Positions 1 to 9,251 are shown, numbered from the stretch's first letter. The stretch is DNA of 64,000 nt from Candidatus Fervidifonticultor secundus (GCA_031459385.1 JAVKIP010000003.1:113006-177005); one strand, 5' to 3'. Notes: generated from the sequence alone by a model not told the origin. Numbers and translations: made by a program.

Positions 1-206
1 CGCCGGTGCTCTTCGTCGAGATCCCCACCGACTTCACCGCGGTCCGGAGCCGGGACCGCGGGCTGGCGCAGGCCTGGCGGCTGGCCACGCGCCAGGTCTT
101 CCCGCACTATTTCGCCCGCGGGTACCGGGCGGTCGACTTCCTCCTGCGCCCGGACGACCGGCTCCGCGGCGACTATGTGTTGGTCGGAGGCGCCCATGCG
201 GATTGA
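1..206 (+). CDS. 3' end of a gene entering from upstream; possibly a GNAT-like acyltransferase (tentative)
   Basis: The frame is open to the left window edge (...VEIPTDFTAVRSRDRGLAQAWR...RGYRAVDF...). The stop TGA 204-206 overlaps the next gene start (ATGCGGATTGA). The family call is only a guess, based on the known GNAT succinyltransferase / N-succinylamino-acid racemase gene pairing. Confidence 0.35.
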   Translation, partial: PVLFVEIPTDFTAVRSRDRGLAQAWRLATRQVFPHYFARGYRAVDFLLRPDDRLRGDYVLVGGAHAD

Positions 207-1320
207 GGCCGTCGACCTCTACCAGGTCGAGATGCCGCTGCGGTGGCCGTTCGAGACGTCGTTCGGCCGCTCGACCGCCAAGGTCTGCGTGCTGGTGCGC
301 CTGCTGGCCGACGGCCTCGAGGGGTGGGGCGAGGCCCCGGTGGATCACGCGCCGCTGTACAACGAGGAAACGGTGGAGACCGCGTGGGCCGTGCTCGAGC
401 GGTTCCTGCTGCCCCCCCTGCTGGGACAGCCCGCCCCGGCCCCGCGCGCCTTCGCCAAGCAGGTGGCCCACATCCGCCGCCACCACATGGCCAAGGCGGC
501 GGTCGAGGCGGCGCTGTGGGACCTTCACGCCCGGGCCCAGGGCGTGCCGCTGGCGCGGCTGCTGGGCGGGGTCCGCGACCGGGTACCGGTGGGCGTCAGC
601 CTGGGCATCGAGCCCACGGTGGACGCGCTGCTGGACCGCGTTGAGCGGTTCCTCGCCCTGGGCTACCGCCGCATCAAGATCAAGATCAAGCCGGGGTGGG
701 TGCTGGAACCGGTGGAGGCGGTCCGGCGGCGGTTCGGCCCCGTGCAGCTCCAGGTGGACGCCAACTCGGCCTTTTCCCTGGCGGACGCGCCGCTGCTGCG
801 GGCGCTGGACGACTACGACCTCCTCTTGATCGAGCAGCCGCTGGAGGAGGACGACATCGTCGACCACGCCAAGCTCCAGGCGCAGCTGCGCACTCCCATC
901 TGCCTGGACGAGTCCATTGTGCACGCCCGCGCGGCGCGCGCGGCGCTGGAGCTGCGGGCATGCCGGGTGATCAACATCAAGCAGGCGCGGGTGGGCGGCC
1001 TGGCGGAGGCGGCGGCGACCCACGACCTCTGCCAGAGCCACGGCGTACCGGTCTGGTGCGGCGGCATGCTGGAGACCGGGCCCGGCCGCGCGGCCAACCT
1101 GGCGCTGGCGTCGCTGCCCAACTTCACGCTGCCCGGCGATATCTCGGCCAGCGATCGGTACTTCGACGAGGACCTGATCGACCCCCCGGTGGTGCTGAAC
1201 GCCGACGGGACGATCACGGTGCCGGCCGGTGCGGGCCTGGGCGTGCACGTGGTGGGAGAGCGCGTGGAGCGGTACGCGGTGCGCCGGGCCAGGGTCGCAG
1301 CCCCCGGGGTCCGCGCCTGA
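196..1320 (+). CDS. Enolase-superfamily o-succinylbenzoate synthase / N-acyl(succinyl)amino acid racemase family protein
   Basis: MR/MLE-type motifs are visible in the translation: YRRIKIKIKPGW (Lys pair), QVDANSAF, LIEQPL, CLDES, NIKQARVGG, CGGMLETG. ATG 196 (MRIEAVDLYQVEMPL) is preferred to the ORF-track start at 175. Confidence 0.8.
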   Translation: MRIEAVDLYQVEMPLRWPFETSFGRSTAKVCVLVRLLADGLEGWGEAPVDHAPLYNEETVETAWAVLERFLLPPLLGQPAPAPRAFAKQVAHIRRHHMAKAAVEAALWDLHARAQGVPLARLLGGVRDRVPVGVSLGIEPTVDALLDRVERFLALGYRRIKIKIKPGWVLEPVEAVRRRFGPVQLQVDANSAFSLADAPLLRALDDYDLLLIEQPLEEDDIVDHAKLQAQLRTPICLDESIVHARAARAALELRACRVINIKQARVGGLAEAAATHDLCQSHGVPVWCGGMLETGPGRAANLALASLPNFTLPGDISASDRYFDEDLIDPPVVLNADGTITVPAGAGLGVHVVGERVERYAVRRARVAAPGVRA

Positions 1321-1403
1321 CGGATGACGATGATCCTGGCACGCCGGCAGCCGACGCGCGTTGCAGCGGGCGGTCGCAGGGCGCGCACCGGGAGGGACGC
1401 ACG

Positions 1404-2282
1404 ATGCGCACACGGTGGATGATGGTGCTGGCGGTGGTGGTCATGGCGGTGCCCGGGCTGGCGCAGGCCGGCCCCGCGCCGCAGAAGCTGGTGCTGGGCA
1501 TGGTGCCCTCCCGAGAGATCGGGCGGATGATGGAGAACCTGGTGCCCCTCTCGCGGATGCTGACCGAGCGGATCGGGCTGCCGGTGGAGCCCTACGTGGC
1601 CACCAACTTCACCGGCCTGATCGAGGCCATGGGGACCGGCAGGGCTGACATCGGCATCTTCGGGCCGTTCGCGCTGGTCCTGGCCGAGGAGCGGCACAAG
1701 GTGCGGATCATCGCCAAGTCCATCCGCCGCAGCCGGGGGGCGTTCGTGACCAGTTACCACGCGGCCATCAACGTCCGGGTGGACAGCCCCTACCAGCGAC
1801 TGGCCGACCTCAAGGGTGCCCGCTTCGCCTTCGTGGACCCGGCCTCCACATCCGGGTACCTCTTCCCGTACATGATGCTCCTGGACGCCGGCGTCAACCC
1901 GGAGCGCGACCTGAAGGTCATCTTCGCGGGATCCCACGATGCGGCCGTGGTGGCTGTCTACAAGAAGGACGTCGATGCCAGCGCCACTCACGACAACGCC
2001 ATTCCCGACATCAGACGTGAGATTCCCGACGTCGACCGGGTGGTCAGGATCCTGGTCCGGAGCGCACCGATCCCCAACGACGGCGTGGCGGTCCGCCGCG
2101 GGCTGGCCGACGACCTGGTGGGGAAGATCCAGGAGGCGTTCGTCGACCTGGGCAAGCACCCCGAGGGCGTCAAGCTGCTGGATGCGCTGTACAACGTGGT
2201 GGGCTACGCCAGGTCCGACGGCACCGAGTTCGCCATCATCCGCCGCACCTACCAGCTGATGCGGGACAAGATCCGCATTTGA
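1404..2282 (+). CDS. phnD: Phosphonate/phosphite ABC transporter substrate-binding protein
   Basis: ATG 1404 lies inside a longer ORF. The signal peptide is MRTRWMMVLAVVVMAVPGLAQA, followed by LVLGMVPS..TNFTGLIEAMGTGRADIG..FVDPASTSGY, typical of PhnD. It is followed by phnC and two phnE genes. Confidence 0.85.
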   Translation: MRTRWMMVLAVVVMAVPGLAQAGPAPQKLVLGMVPSREIGRMMENLVPLSRMLTERIGLPVEPYVATNFTGLIEAMGTGRADIGIFGPFALVLAEERHKVRIIAKSIRRSRGAFVTSYHAAINVRVDSPYQRLADLKGARFAFVDPASTSGYLFPYMMLLDAGVNPERDLKVIFAGSHDAAVVAVYKKDVDASATHDNAIPDIRREIPDVDRVVRILVRSAPIPNDGVAVRRGLADDLVGKIQEAFVDLGKHPEGVKLLDALYNVVGYARSDGTEFAIIRRTYQLMRDKIRI

Positions 2283-3079
2283 GGATGCCGCCGGCCTCGC
2301 CGGTGCCGCAGATCGAGCTGCGCGGGGTCTCGGTCGCGTTCCCGGGCGGCGTGCAGGCCCTGCGCGGCGTCGACCTGGCGGTCGATCGCGGCGAGTTCGT
2401 GGCCATCGCGGGCCTCTCGGGCGCGGGGAAGTCCACCCTCCTGCGCACCATCAACCGCCTGGTGGAGCCCTCCGCCGGCCGGGTGTTCTTCGAGGGTGAG
2501 GACCTGACTGCCGCGCCGCCGGCACGGCTGCGGGAGGTGCGGGCGCAGATCGGCATGATCTTTCAGACCTTCAACCTGGTCAAGCGCGCCTCCGTCCTCC
2601 ACAACGTCCTGTGCGGACGTGTGGCCCGCCTGTCCACGCTGCGGGCGGTGCTGGGATGGTTTCGCCGCCAGGACCTGGAGCTGGCCCACGCGGTGCTCCA
2701 CAAGCTGGAGATCGGCGACAAGGCCTTCGTGCGTGCTGACGCCCTGAGCGGCGGGCAACAGCAGCGGGTGGGCATCGCCAGGGCGCTGGCCCAGCAGCCC
2801 ACGGTCCTGCTGGCCGACGAGCCGGTGGCCTCCCTCGACCCCCCGACGTCGCACCTGGTGATGCGCGACCTGCGCCGCATCAACCGAGAGGACGGCATCA
2901 CCGTCCTTGTCAGCCTGCACTTCGTGGACCTGGCGCGCAGCTACGCCGACCGCATCGTGGGCCTGCGGGCCGGCGCGGTGGTCTTCGACGGTCCGGCCGC
3001 TGGCGTCGACGAGCCCACCTTCCGGCACATCTACGGCCGACCGCTGCGGGCCGAGGACTTCCGGGATGCCGAGGGCTAA
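2279..3079 (+). CDS. phnC: Phosphonate ABC transporter ATP-binding protein
   Basis: Walker A GLSGAGKST, ABC signature LSGGQQQRVGIARAL and Walker B LLADEP are present. The start overlaps the phnD stop. Confidence 0.9.
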   Translation: MRMPPASPVPQIELRGVSVAFPGGVQALRGVDLAVDRGEFVAIAGLSGAGKSTLLRTINRLVEPSAGRVFFEGEDLTAAPPARLREVRAQIGMIFQTFNLVKRASVLHNVLCGRVARLSTLRAVLGWFRRQDLELAHAVLHKLEIGDKAFVRADALSGGQQQRVGIARALAQQPTVLLADEPVASLDPPTSHLVMRDLRRINREDGITVLVSLHFVDLARSYADRIVGLRAGAVVFDGPAAGVDEPTFRHIYGRPLRAEDFRDAEG

Positions 3080-3827
3080 GGCCAGGCTGGCGCTGGGGGT
3101 GCTCCTGGTCGGCGCCCTCTACACCTGGAGCATCGTCGGGCTGCGGGCCTATCCGGCCACGGTGTGGGCGGGGCTCCCGGTCTTCCTGCGGCTGTTCGCG
3201 GACATGGTGCCGCCCAACCTGGCGATCCTGCCGGCGCTGGTCGATCCCCTCGTCCAAACGCTCCAGATCGCGTTCGTGGGCACCGCGCAGGGCGCGGTGC
3301 TGGCGGTCCCGCTCATCCTGCTGGCAGCCCGGAACGTGACCCGCGCGCCGTGGCTGTACCTCGCCGCACGGGGGCTGTTGAACCTCCTGCGCACCATCCC
3401 CGACCTCCTCTACGCTGCCGTGCTGGTGGCTGCGGTGGGCATCGGGCCCTTTGCGGGCATCCTGGCCCTTACCATCTTCTCGCTGGCCGTGATCGCCAAG
3501 CTCACCAGCGAAAGCCTGGAAGCCATCGACCCGGGACCGCTCGAGGCGCTGGAGGCTGCCGGCGCCACCCGCCTGACCATGGTCCGCTTTGCCGTCATCC
3601 CGCAGATCCTGCCGGTCTACCTCAGTTACACGTTGTTCGTCTTCGAGATCAACATCCGGGTCTCGTTCGTGCTGGGGCTCGTCGGCGCCGGCGGCATCGG
3701 GCAAACGTTGAACACCACCCTCCAGCTGTTCCGTTACCAGAGTGCCCTCACCATCATCCTGGTCATGCTGGCCATCGTGATCGCCATCGATACGGGCAGT
3801 GCCCGGCTCCGGCAGGTACTGACGTAA
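3066..3827 (+). CDS. phnE: Phosphonate ABC transporter permease
   Basis: ATG 3066 (MPRAKARLALGVLLVG...) lies inside a longer ORF. The protein is multi-TM with LLNLLRTIPDLLYA and EAIDPGPLEALEAAGATR motifs typical of PhnE. Confidence 0.85.
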   Translation: MPRAKARLALGVLLVGALYTWSIVGLRAYPATVWAGLPVFLRLFADMVPPNLAILPALVDPLVQTLQIAFVGTAQGAVLAVPLILLAARNVTRAPWLYLAARGLLNLLRTIPDLLYAAVLVAAVGIGPFAGILALTIFSLAVIAKLTSESLEAIDPGPLEALEAAGATRLTMVRFAVIPQILPVYLSYTLFVFEINIRVSFVLGLVGAGGIGQTLNTTLQLFRYQSALTIILVMLAIVIAIDTGSARLRQVLT

Positions 3828-3831
3828 GCCG

Positions 3832-4617
3832 ATGCGGTCCGCCGCTGCCGGGCCGCTGGTCCCGCCGGGCCGCTGGAAGACGTGGGCCGGCCTGGCGGCG
3901 TTCGCCCTGGCCTACCTGTGGGCCATCCAGCGGGTCGAGATCAGCGCCGCGCGCCTGGTGGGGGGCCTCCCCCTGCTGGCCCGCATCCTGGGCCTGATGT
4001 TGTCGCCGGACTGGTCCTGGCTGGGCCGATCGGTGGCCGGCATGGCCGTCTCGGTCCAGATCGCGGTGCTGGGCACCACCACCGGGATGGTCCTGGCCGT
4101 CCCCCTGGCGTTCGTGGCCGCGGCGAACATCGGCCGGCCTGCCGCCAGCCTGGTGGGCAAGCAGCTGCTGAATCTCATCCGGACGTTCCCGGAGATCATC
4201 CTGGCGGTGTTCTTCGTGGCAGCGTACGGGCCGGGGCCCCTGGCGGGCATGATGGCCATCGGCCTGCACTCGTCCGGCAGCCTCGGCAAGCTCTACGCCG
4301 AGGTGGTGGAGACCATCGACCCCGGGCCCCTGGAGGCCCTGCGGGCCGCCGGCGCGACCCGGTGGAGGGTCTTCCGTTTCGCAGTGCTCCCCCAGGTGCT
4401 GCCGGAGTTCCTGGCCCTCTCCCTCTACCGGCTCGAGATCAATGCCCGCGCCGCCTCGGTGCTGGGCCTGGTGGGCGCCGGCGGCATCGGGACGCTGCTG
4501 GTGCAGGCGCTGCAGTTCCGCCGGTGGGAGGTGGTCGGTGTGGCCCTGCTCGTCATCGTCGTCGCCGTCGTTGTCATCGACACCGTCAGCGCCGCGCTGC
4601 GACGGCGGCTGGTCTGA
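3832..4617 (+). CDS. phnE: Phosphonate ABC transporter permease (second copy)
   Basis: It is a paralogue of the previous gene, with LLNLIRTFPEIILAVFFV and ETIDPGPLEALRAAGATRW. Confidence 0.85.
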   Translation: MRSAAAGPLVPPGRWKTWAGLAAFALAYLWAIQRVEISAARLVGGLPLLARILGLMLSPDWSWLGRSVAGMAVSVQIAVLGTTTGMVLAVPLAFVAAANIGRPAASLVGKQLLNLIRTFPEIILAVFFVAAYGPGPLAGMMAIGLHSSGSLGKLYAEVVETIDPGPLEALRAAGATRWRVFRFAVLPQVLPEFLALSLYRLEINARAASVLGLVGAGGIGTLLVQALQFRRWEVVGVALLVIVVAVVVIDTVSAALRRRLV

Positions 4618-4636
4618 GTCAGCCGCAGGACGGCCC

Positions 4637-7393
4637 TCACGGCCCCGTCGCCTGGCGCAGCTCCTCCAGCAGGGCGCCCAACCGCTCCATCTCGCGGCCG
4701 TAGCCGGTCAGGTCGCCGGCCCGCAGCCGCTCCTGCGCGCGGCGGTAGGTGGCCAGCGCGTCCGCCGCCAGGACACGGGCCCGATCCGAGGTCACGCCGC
4801 CCGGTGTTGCGCCAGACGGGGGCCCGGCCGCACTGCCCGGAGCCGGGCCGGATGGCGCGGCCGCGGCGCCTGCATCCGGCGGGGCCGGGCGCCCTGGCGG
4901 CTGCGTCCCGAACAACGCAGCCAACGCCTCGTCCAGCGTGGGGGCCATGACGATGCGCGCGCCGCTGATGGCGATGATGCGCTTCAGCTCCGGCAACTGG
5001 CTGCGCTCCGCCTGCAGGTACAGGGGCTCCACGTAGAGCAGCCCCTCCTCGATGGGGATGACCAGCAGGTTGCCGCGGATCACCTGCGAGCCCTGCTGGT
5101 TCCACAACGAGAGCTGCTGGGAGATGAACGGATCCTGATCGATGCGCGACTCGACCTGCAGCGGGCCGAACACCGTCCGCGCCTTGGGGAACCGGTAGAC
5201 GACCAGCTGGCCGTAGTGCGGTGGATCGTTGCGGGCGGCCATCCAGGCGATCAGGTTCTCGCGGCCGGCCGAGACCAGGGGCAGGATCAGCACGAACTCA
5301 GGGGCGGAGCCTTCCGCCAGGCGCATCGTGACGTAATAGGGCTCCATGCGGATCGTCTCGTTGCCGAAGATCTCCCGCGGGATCGCCCACACATCCTCCC
5401 GGTTGTAGAAGACCTGCGGATCGCGCATGTGGTACGTGGCGTACACCTGCGCCTGGACCTCGAACAGGTCCACCGGGTACCGCAGGTGGGCGGCGATCGC
5501 GGGCGGCATCTGCGTCGCCGGCCGGAACAGCTCCGGGAAGACGGCGGCCAGCGTCCGCAGGATGGGCTCGTCGGGCTGCACCGCATAGAACGTCACCGCG
5601 CCGTCGTAGGCGTCCACGACGACCTTGACGCTGTTGCGCATGTAGTTCACGTCGCCAAACGGCGCCGCGTACGGGTAGCGGCCGGTGACGGTATAGGCGT
5701 CGATCACCCAGACGAGCCGGCCGTCGGCCACCACCAGGTAGGGGTCGCGATCGTAGCGCAGGAAGGGCGCGATGCGCGCCACGCGCTGCGTGATCTGCCG
5801 CGCGAAGAGCAGGCGGCTCCCGGCGTGGATGTCGGTGGACAGTGCCAGCTTCAGGTCGCCGAACCGGTAAGCGAGCGCCAGGCGGGGCAGGTACCCCAGA
5901 CGGATGCCCCCTTTGCCTGCGTAACGCGTGTACGCGTTGTCGTCGCCCTGCGGGTAGTCGAACTCGCGCACGCGGGTGTTGACCACGACGTAGTCGGTGG
6001 TCAGCTCGCCGTAGTAGATCTCGGGCCGGGTGACGACGATCCCGCGGACTGTCTGCAGGGGGATGTCGCGGACGAAGAATTCGGGCATCCCCTCTTCCGA
6101 GATCTCGTTCACCGGGCTCATGACGAGCCCATAGCCGTGCGTGTAGACCAGGTGGCGGTTGACCCAGTTCCGGGCCTGCGGGGGCAGCTGGGCGGTCGCC
6201 AGCTCGCGGGCGGCCAGCATCACCTGCCGCGGCCGGCCGTTGATGACGTACCGGTCGATGTCCACGTCGGAGAAGACGTAGTAACGGCGGAAGCTCTGCA
6301 GCTGGCCATAGGCGCGCAGCAGCGGGCGGTAGTCCCACAGGCGGACGTTCTCCACCGTGGCGCGGTTGCGGGCGATGGCCGAGGCCTCCAGCGGCGCGGT
6401 GGGGAACTCGCGCTCGCGCACCCCCTCGAGCCCGAAGGCGCGCAGCGTGGACGCCACGGCATGCCGGATGTACGGCGTCTCCGCCGTGAGCTCGTTGGGC
6501 CGTACGCGCACCGCCTGCACGAAGCCCGGGTAGACCACCAGGCCCACCGCCCACGCGGCCACGATCAGGAACACGGTGGCCAGGGCGAACCGCACGGTAC
6601 GCAGCCAGGCGTTGGCCACGAGCAGCAGGCCGCAGGCGGCGAAGAGCACCGTCAACACCCGCAGGGCCGGCAGCACCGCGTGCACGTCGGTGTAGGAGGC
6701 CCCGAACGCCGCCCCCCGCGTCGAGTAGAGCAGGTCGAACCCATCAAGCCAGAACCCGGCGCCCCGCACCAGCACCGCAGCGCCGAGCAGCAGCGAGAGG
6801 TGCGCGCGGACCCCCGGCGGGGCCACCCACACCCCGCGCAGCATCAGCCGCCCGTACGCCGACGCGTAGCCCACCGCTGCGCCGGCAGTGAGCACCACCA
6901 GCCAGGCGAACAACCCGTCGGCGATGAGCCGGTAGACCGGGAGCCGGAACACGTAGAAGCCCACGTCACGGCCGAAGAGCGGGTCGACCTGGCCGAACGG
7001 CGTCGCGCGCAGGAACTGCTGGAGGGCCACCCACTCCCGCGAGGCCGCGATCCCACCCGCCGCAGCGACGGCCACGAGCGCCCATCCCCACCAGCCGGTG
7101 GGCCCCCGCCGCGGGCGTACCCCCCGGTAGCGGCCGCCGCCACGGTCGATCAGTTCCAGCACCTCGGCGCGGCTGGCGCGGAGCACGGGACGCAGGTTGA
7201 CGTACGCCAGCCCCCAGAGCACGCCACCGACCACGACGGCCACTGCCAGTCGGGAGATCAGCGGCACCCAGAAGACCCGCACATAGCCGACCTCGTGGAA
7301 CCACAGCCAGTCCGTGTACCACCGGGCCAGCGCGGGCCCCAGGATCAGGAAGACGATGACGAGCGCCCACAGCAGCCACCGCAGTCGAGGCAT
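4637..7393 (-). CDS. UPF0182 family large membrane protein
   Basis: ATG at 7393 (MPRLRWLLWALVIVFLILGPALARWYTDWLWFHEVGY). The DWLWF..GY hallmark, the N-terminal multi-TM block and the large soluble C-domain fit UPF0182. The C-terminus has a Pro/Ala/Gly-rich tail. Confidence 0.8.
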   Translation of the reverse strand: MPRLRWLLWALVIVFLILGPALARWYTDWLWFHEVGYVRVFWVPLISRLAVAVVVGGVLWGLAYVNLRPVLRASRAEVLELIDRGGGRYRGVRPRRGPTGWWGWALVAVAAAGGIAASREWVALQQFLRATPFGQVDPLFGRDVGFYVFRLPVYRLIADGLFAWLVVLTAGAAVGYASAYGRLMLRGVWVAPPGVRAHLSLLLGAAVLVRGAGFWLDGFDLLYSTRGAAFGASYTDVHAVLPALRVLTVLFAACGLLLVANAWLRTVRFALATVFLIVAAWAVGLVVYPGFVQAVRVRPNELTAETPYIRHAVASTLRAFGLEGVREREFPTAPLEASAIARNRATVENVRLWDYRPLLRAYGQLQSFRRYYVFSDVDIDRYVINGRPRQVMLAARELATAQLPPQARNWVNRHLVYTHGYGLVMSPVNEISEEGMPEFFVRDIPLQTVRGIVVTRPEIYYGELTTDYVVVNTRVREFDYPQGDDNAYTRYAGKGGIRLGYLPRLALAYRFGDLKLALSTDIHAGSRLLFARQITQRVARIAPFLRYDRDPYLVVADGRLVWVIDAYTVTGRYPYAAPFGDVNYMRNSVKVVVDAYDGAVTFYAVQPDEPILRTLAAVFPELFRPATQMPPAIAAHLRYPVDLFEVQAQVYATYHMRDPQVFYNREDVWAIPREIFGNETIRMEPYYVTMRLAEGSAPEFVLILPLVSAGRENLIAWMAARNDPPHYGQLVVYRFPKARTVFGPLQVESRIDQDPFISQQLSLWNQQGSQVIRGNLLVIPIEEGLLYVEPLYLQAERSQLPELKRIIAISGARIVMAPTLDEALAALFGTQPPGRPAPPDAGAAAAPSGPAPGSAAGPPSGATPGGVTSDRARVLAADALATYRRAQERLRAGDLTGYGREMERLGALLEELRQATGP

Positions 7394-7486
7394 GACCCAC
7401 CCGCCCCTCCGCGTTCCTCGTGCGCCGGTCCGCCGCAGCGTGCCGGCGCCCGGCCCCGACCGCCCCGCGCCCGCAGAGCCGGGCGT

Positions 7487-7516
7487 TTGACCCTGCCTGC
7501 GGAGGACCGGTATAAT
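7487..7516 (+). promoter_or_regulatory. Sigma-70-type promoter for the SufT-like gene
   Basis: TTGACC (7487-7492), an 18-nt spacer, then TATAAT (7511-7516). This is a near-consensus pair and very conspicuous in this GC-rich background. It implies that the ORF-track ATG 7515 lies upstream of the transcription start and that ATG 7560 is the real start. Confidence 0.6.
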
Positions 7517-7559
7517 GAAACGAACCCTGCGGCCCGGGGCCGGTGCGAAGGAATTCGCG

Positions 7560-7877
7560 ATGGAGGACGCAATCACCCGCGAGCGCGTCGTCGAGGTCTT
7601 GAAGACGGTCTTCGACCCGGAGATCCCCGTGAACATCTGGGATCTGGGGTTGATCTACGACCTGCGCATCGACGGCGAGAACGTCGGCATCACGATGACC
7701 CTGACCGCACCCGGCTGCCCCGTGGGTCCGATGATCGCCGCCGAGATCGAGAACAAGCTACAGGCGATCGGCGCCGAGGCTGTCACTGTGGAGTTCGTCT
7801 GGACCCCGCCGTGGACGACCGACAAGGTGACCGACGAAGGCCGGCTGCAGCTCCAGACGATGGGCATTCCCGTCTAG
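7560..7877 (+). CDS. DUF59/MIP18-family Fe-S cluster assembly protein (SufT/PaaD-like)
   Basis: The translation MEDAITRERVVEVLKTVFDPEIPVNIWDLGLIY...TLTAPGCPVGPMI...VWTPPWT is a typical DUF59 pattern. Confidence 0.8.
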   Translation: MEDAITRERVVEVLKTVFDPEIPVNIWDLGLIYDLRIDGENVGITMTLTAPGCPVGPMIAAEIENKLQAIGAEAVTVEFVWTPPWTTDKVTDEGRLQLQTMGIPV

Positions 7878-7972
7878 CCGCCCGGCCGGTCCGCCGCGCC
7901 GTCGACCGCAGCCTGCCAGGAGGCGCGCCATCACCGTAGACGGCATCCCGTTGGCCCTCGTGGAGGACCGCG

Positions 7973-8494
7973 GTGCCTGACCGACCGCGGCAGGGCAAGG
8001 GCCGACCGCGGTCTCCACAGGCCGTGGCGGCGCGGCGTCCCAGCCCCGCGCCGTGGGCCGCCGCCGCCGTCGCGCTCGTGGCCGTGGTGGGAGTGCTGGT
8101 GGTGCTGGGGAGCCGGCCGGCGCCGCGCCTCCCGCGCATCGGAGACCACTGGCACGCGCCGTTCCGGGTCGTGCTGTGCGGCGAGCGCACGCCGCCGCTG
8201 CCGCCGTCGCCGGGCAACGTCCACACCCACGGCGACGACGTCATCCACATCCATCCTGCCCTGCCCGAGGAGGCAGGCCGCAACGCGACCCTGGGCGCCT
8301 TCCTGCGCAGCGTCGGCATGCAGGTGACCGAGACGTCCCTCACAGTGCGCGGCGTGACCTACACCACCGGTGACCGCTGTCCCGACGGCCGCACCGGGCG
8401 CGTGGCCGTGCTGGTGAACGGGAAGCCCATCCAGAAGGTCGACGCCTACGCGCCGGCAGACGGCGACCAGATCGAGTTCCGGTTCGGCCCGTGA
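7973..8494 (+). CDS. Membrane-anchored hypothetical protein with His-rich motifs
   Basis: GTG start. It has one N-terminal TM helix (WAAAAVALVAVVGVLVVLG), then DHWHAPF and NVHTHGDDVIHIHP motifs. I cannot name a family with confidence. Confidence 0.55.
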   Translation: MPDRPRQGKGRPRSPQAVAARRPSPAPWAAAAVALVAVVGVLVVLGSRPAPRLPRIGDHWHAPFRVVLCGERTPPLPPSPGNVHTHGDDVIHIHPALPEEAGRNATLGAFLRSVGMQVTETSLTVRGVTYTTGDRCPDGRTGRVAVLVNGKPIQKVDAYAPADGDQIEFRFGP

Positions 8495-8925
8495 GCCTCC
8501 GCGGGCGGCCGCGCCTCCCGTCGACCGGGGTCTTCCTGCTGGCCGCTGTCCTCCTGGCGGCGGCGTGCAGCCGCGCGCGCGGGCAGGCGCTGGGCGACCT
8601 CCGCTTCTTCCCCGGTGCCACCGTGGTGGGCACCGCCGCATTCGTCGGCGAAGCCTACGGGTTTCCCCGCGCCGCCTGGGAGCAGGTCGAGCTCCGCTCC
8701 GAGGCGCGCTACGAGCAGGTGCGCGACTTCTACCAGCGGTTGCAGATCGGGGGCTGGACGGGCACGTTCGAGAGCGAGACGCGCAAGAGTGACGGCCGGC
8801 GCTACACGCGCTACCTCGTGGACAGCCGCCGCCAGCGCTTCTACGTCGTCGTCGTGGAAGAACGGCGGCGCGCCCACGACGTCGCGATCCTGCTGCGGCG
8901 GGGCCGCGGCCAGGGCCGCCCCTGA
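8491..8925 (+). CDS. Hypothetical lipoprotein
   Basis: The start overlaps the previous stop. The signal peptide carries a lipobox-like LLAAAC. No recognisable catalytic motifs. Confidence 0.5.
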   Translation: MSLRGRPRLPSTGVFLLAAVLLAAACSRARGQALGDLRFFPGATVVGTAAFVGEAYGFPRAAWEQVELRSEARYEQVRDFYQRLQIGGWTGTFESETRKSDGRRYTRYLVDSRRQRFYVVVVEERRRAHDVAILLRRGRGQGRP

Positions 8926-9251
8926 GCGCCGGGGACGCCCGCGGCTGTTGCCATCGCGCGGGGGCGCATGCTATGCTCCACCCATCGACCACCGTGTCCA
9001 GGTGGCTGACGAGAAAGGAGGTGAGGCCGACGATGAAACCGCAGACCCCGGCCCACCGGTGGAGGATGTCCCGGTAGCGACCCCGCGCACGCGCGGGAGG
9101 CGTCCTGGCTCGGTGGGCCGGGGCGCTTTTCTTTTGGGCCCAGACCGCGCTCGGGCTGCGCCCCCGCGGCAGGAGTTCGGGCGCGCCACCGCGTATCACC
9201 GCGCAAGCGGGTCGCCCCGACCGTGGGCCCGACAGCGTCGCACACCCGATC

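Noticed and set aside
34-2159. Long minus-strand ORFs (34-1413 and 813-2159) opposite the racemase and phnD genes.
   Set aside because: They are antisense shadows of genes with clear catalytic and signal motifs. Their composition is Arg/Pro-rich and they lack SD-supported starts.
4442-7939. An 1165-aa ORF on the plus strand, the longest ORF in the track.
   Set aside because: It is exactly antisense to the well-supported UPF0182 gene. Its translation is Arg/Pro/Gly/Ala/His-rich low complexity with no recognisable motif. Mirror ORFs of this kind are expected when codon position 3 is almost always G or C.
8926-9251. The long intergenic region, tested mentally against the ydaO/c-di-AMP, SRP RNA, 6S RNA and GEMM patterns.
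   Set aside because: I could not find the characteristic conserved blocks of any of these. It is left as an unclassified leader with a micro-ORF (see findings).
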